The notes under the pieces were generated by a model. The model searched no databases. It worked only from the letters and a program-made list of their open reading frames with translations, and had not been told where the DNA came from. From NCBI GenBank assembly GCA_963823665.1, contig CAWGMQ010000005.1, positions 416,001 to 480,000 on the forward strand: a DNA stretch of 64,000 nt, read 5' to 3'. A program made the translations under genes and the position numbers. The stretch is from an uncultured Planctomycetota bacterium (lineage in GTDB: Bacteria; Planctomycetota; Planctomycetia; Isosphaerales; Isosphaeraceae). Position 1 is the first letter of the stretch. Each line of letters begins with the position of its first letter. Positions 63,635 through 64,000 of this stretch are shown here, piece after piece.

Positions 63635-64000
63635 ATGAAAAAGCAACCGGTTGAACTGATGTCCCGCGCCGAGCAGGCCAAGGCGAGGCGCTGGGGGAAA
63701 TCTGCGACCAGTATCGCAACTACTTACGCGTGGTTGTGCGCGCTGAATTAAAGTCGCGGTTGCGGGAGCGCGTGGAGTTATCGGATGTGGTCCAGGAGGT
63801 TCTGGTCGAGGTCGTGCGCCAGTTTCCCAGCTTCACCGGCGAGAATGAGACCGCGCTCTTGGGGTGGATGCGGCGTTTGATCGCGCAAAAGCTGGCGGAT
63901 CTGGGCCGGTATCACAATCGGCTGAAGCGTGGAGGAGGAGTCTTTCCCGTCTCGCTTGACCGCGAATTCGATCTCGGCAGTTCTCGGAACGCGCAGGAGG
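63635..64000 (+). CDS. Planctomycete-type ECF sigma factor, partial (frameshift near 63670)
   Basis: MKKQPVELMSRA joins AGQGEALGEICDQYRNYLRVVVRAEL...LSDVVQEVL...FPSFTG...LLGWMRRL; runs off the window. Confidence 0.85.

Overview
GC-rich bacterial DNA that looks like a planctomycete, probably Isosphaeraceae-like. This is inferred from five ECF sigma factors (two with long C-terminal extensions), LExRxLLS-type export signals, a dockerin-tipped giant protein and characteristic REP-like repeats. Many conserved genes carry single-base frameshifts, most simply long-read consensus errors, so split ORFs are merged below. Layout: (1) 1-7 kb, ECF/Ser-Thr kinase signalling, an ABC-F ATPase and an ECF-DUF4159 fusion. 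(2) 7.3-20.9 kb, a minus-strand group 1h (high-affinity type) [NiFe]-hydrogenase cluster: hypCDE, a PAS-sigma54 activator, a -24/-12 promoter with a palindromic candidate enhancer, hhySL, a NifU-like gene, accessory genes, a cytoplasmic YceI, a protease and hypAB; only a decayed 3' stub of hypF remains. (3) 21-42.7 kb, an ECF-WD40 fusion, a probable beta-barrel, a thaumatin/GH64-like secreted protein, a protein of six ~70-aa repeats and a ~3,770-codon surface protein. (4) 42.8-50.7 kb, a cassette-like patchwork of an ABC exporter, small genes and intact and broken toxin-antitoxin modules, punctuated by co-oriented 148-bp terminal-inverted-repeat elements and two copies of a group II intron RT fragment. 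(5) 50.7-53.8 kb, an 'NAIKHGL' protein whose tail carries four 62-bp inverted-repeat-bounded DNA modules. (6) 54-64 kb, selA, an FAH-family gene, pyc, an HMA-like/DUF454 protein, birA and two more ECF sigma factors. No rRNA, tRNA or CRISPR array was recognised. All family calls are from motif recognition, not database searches.
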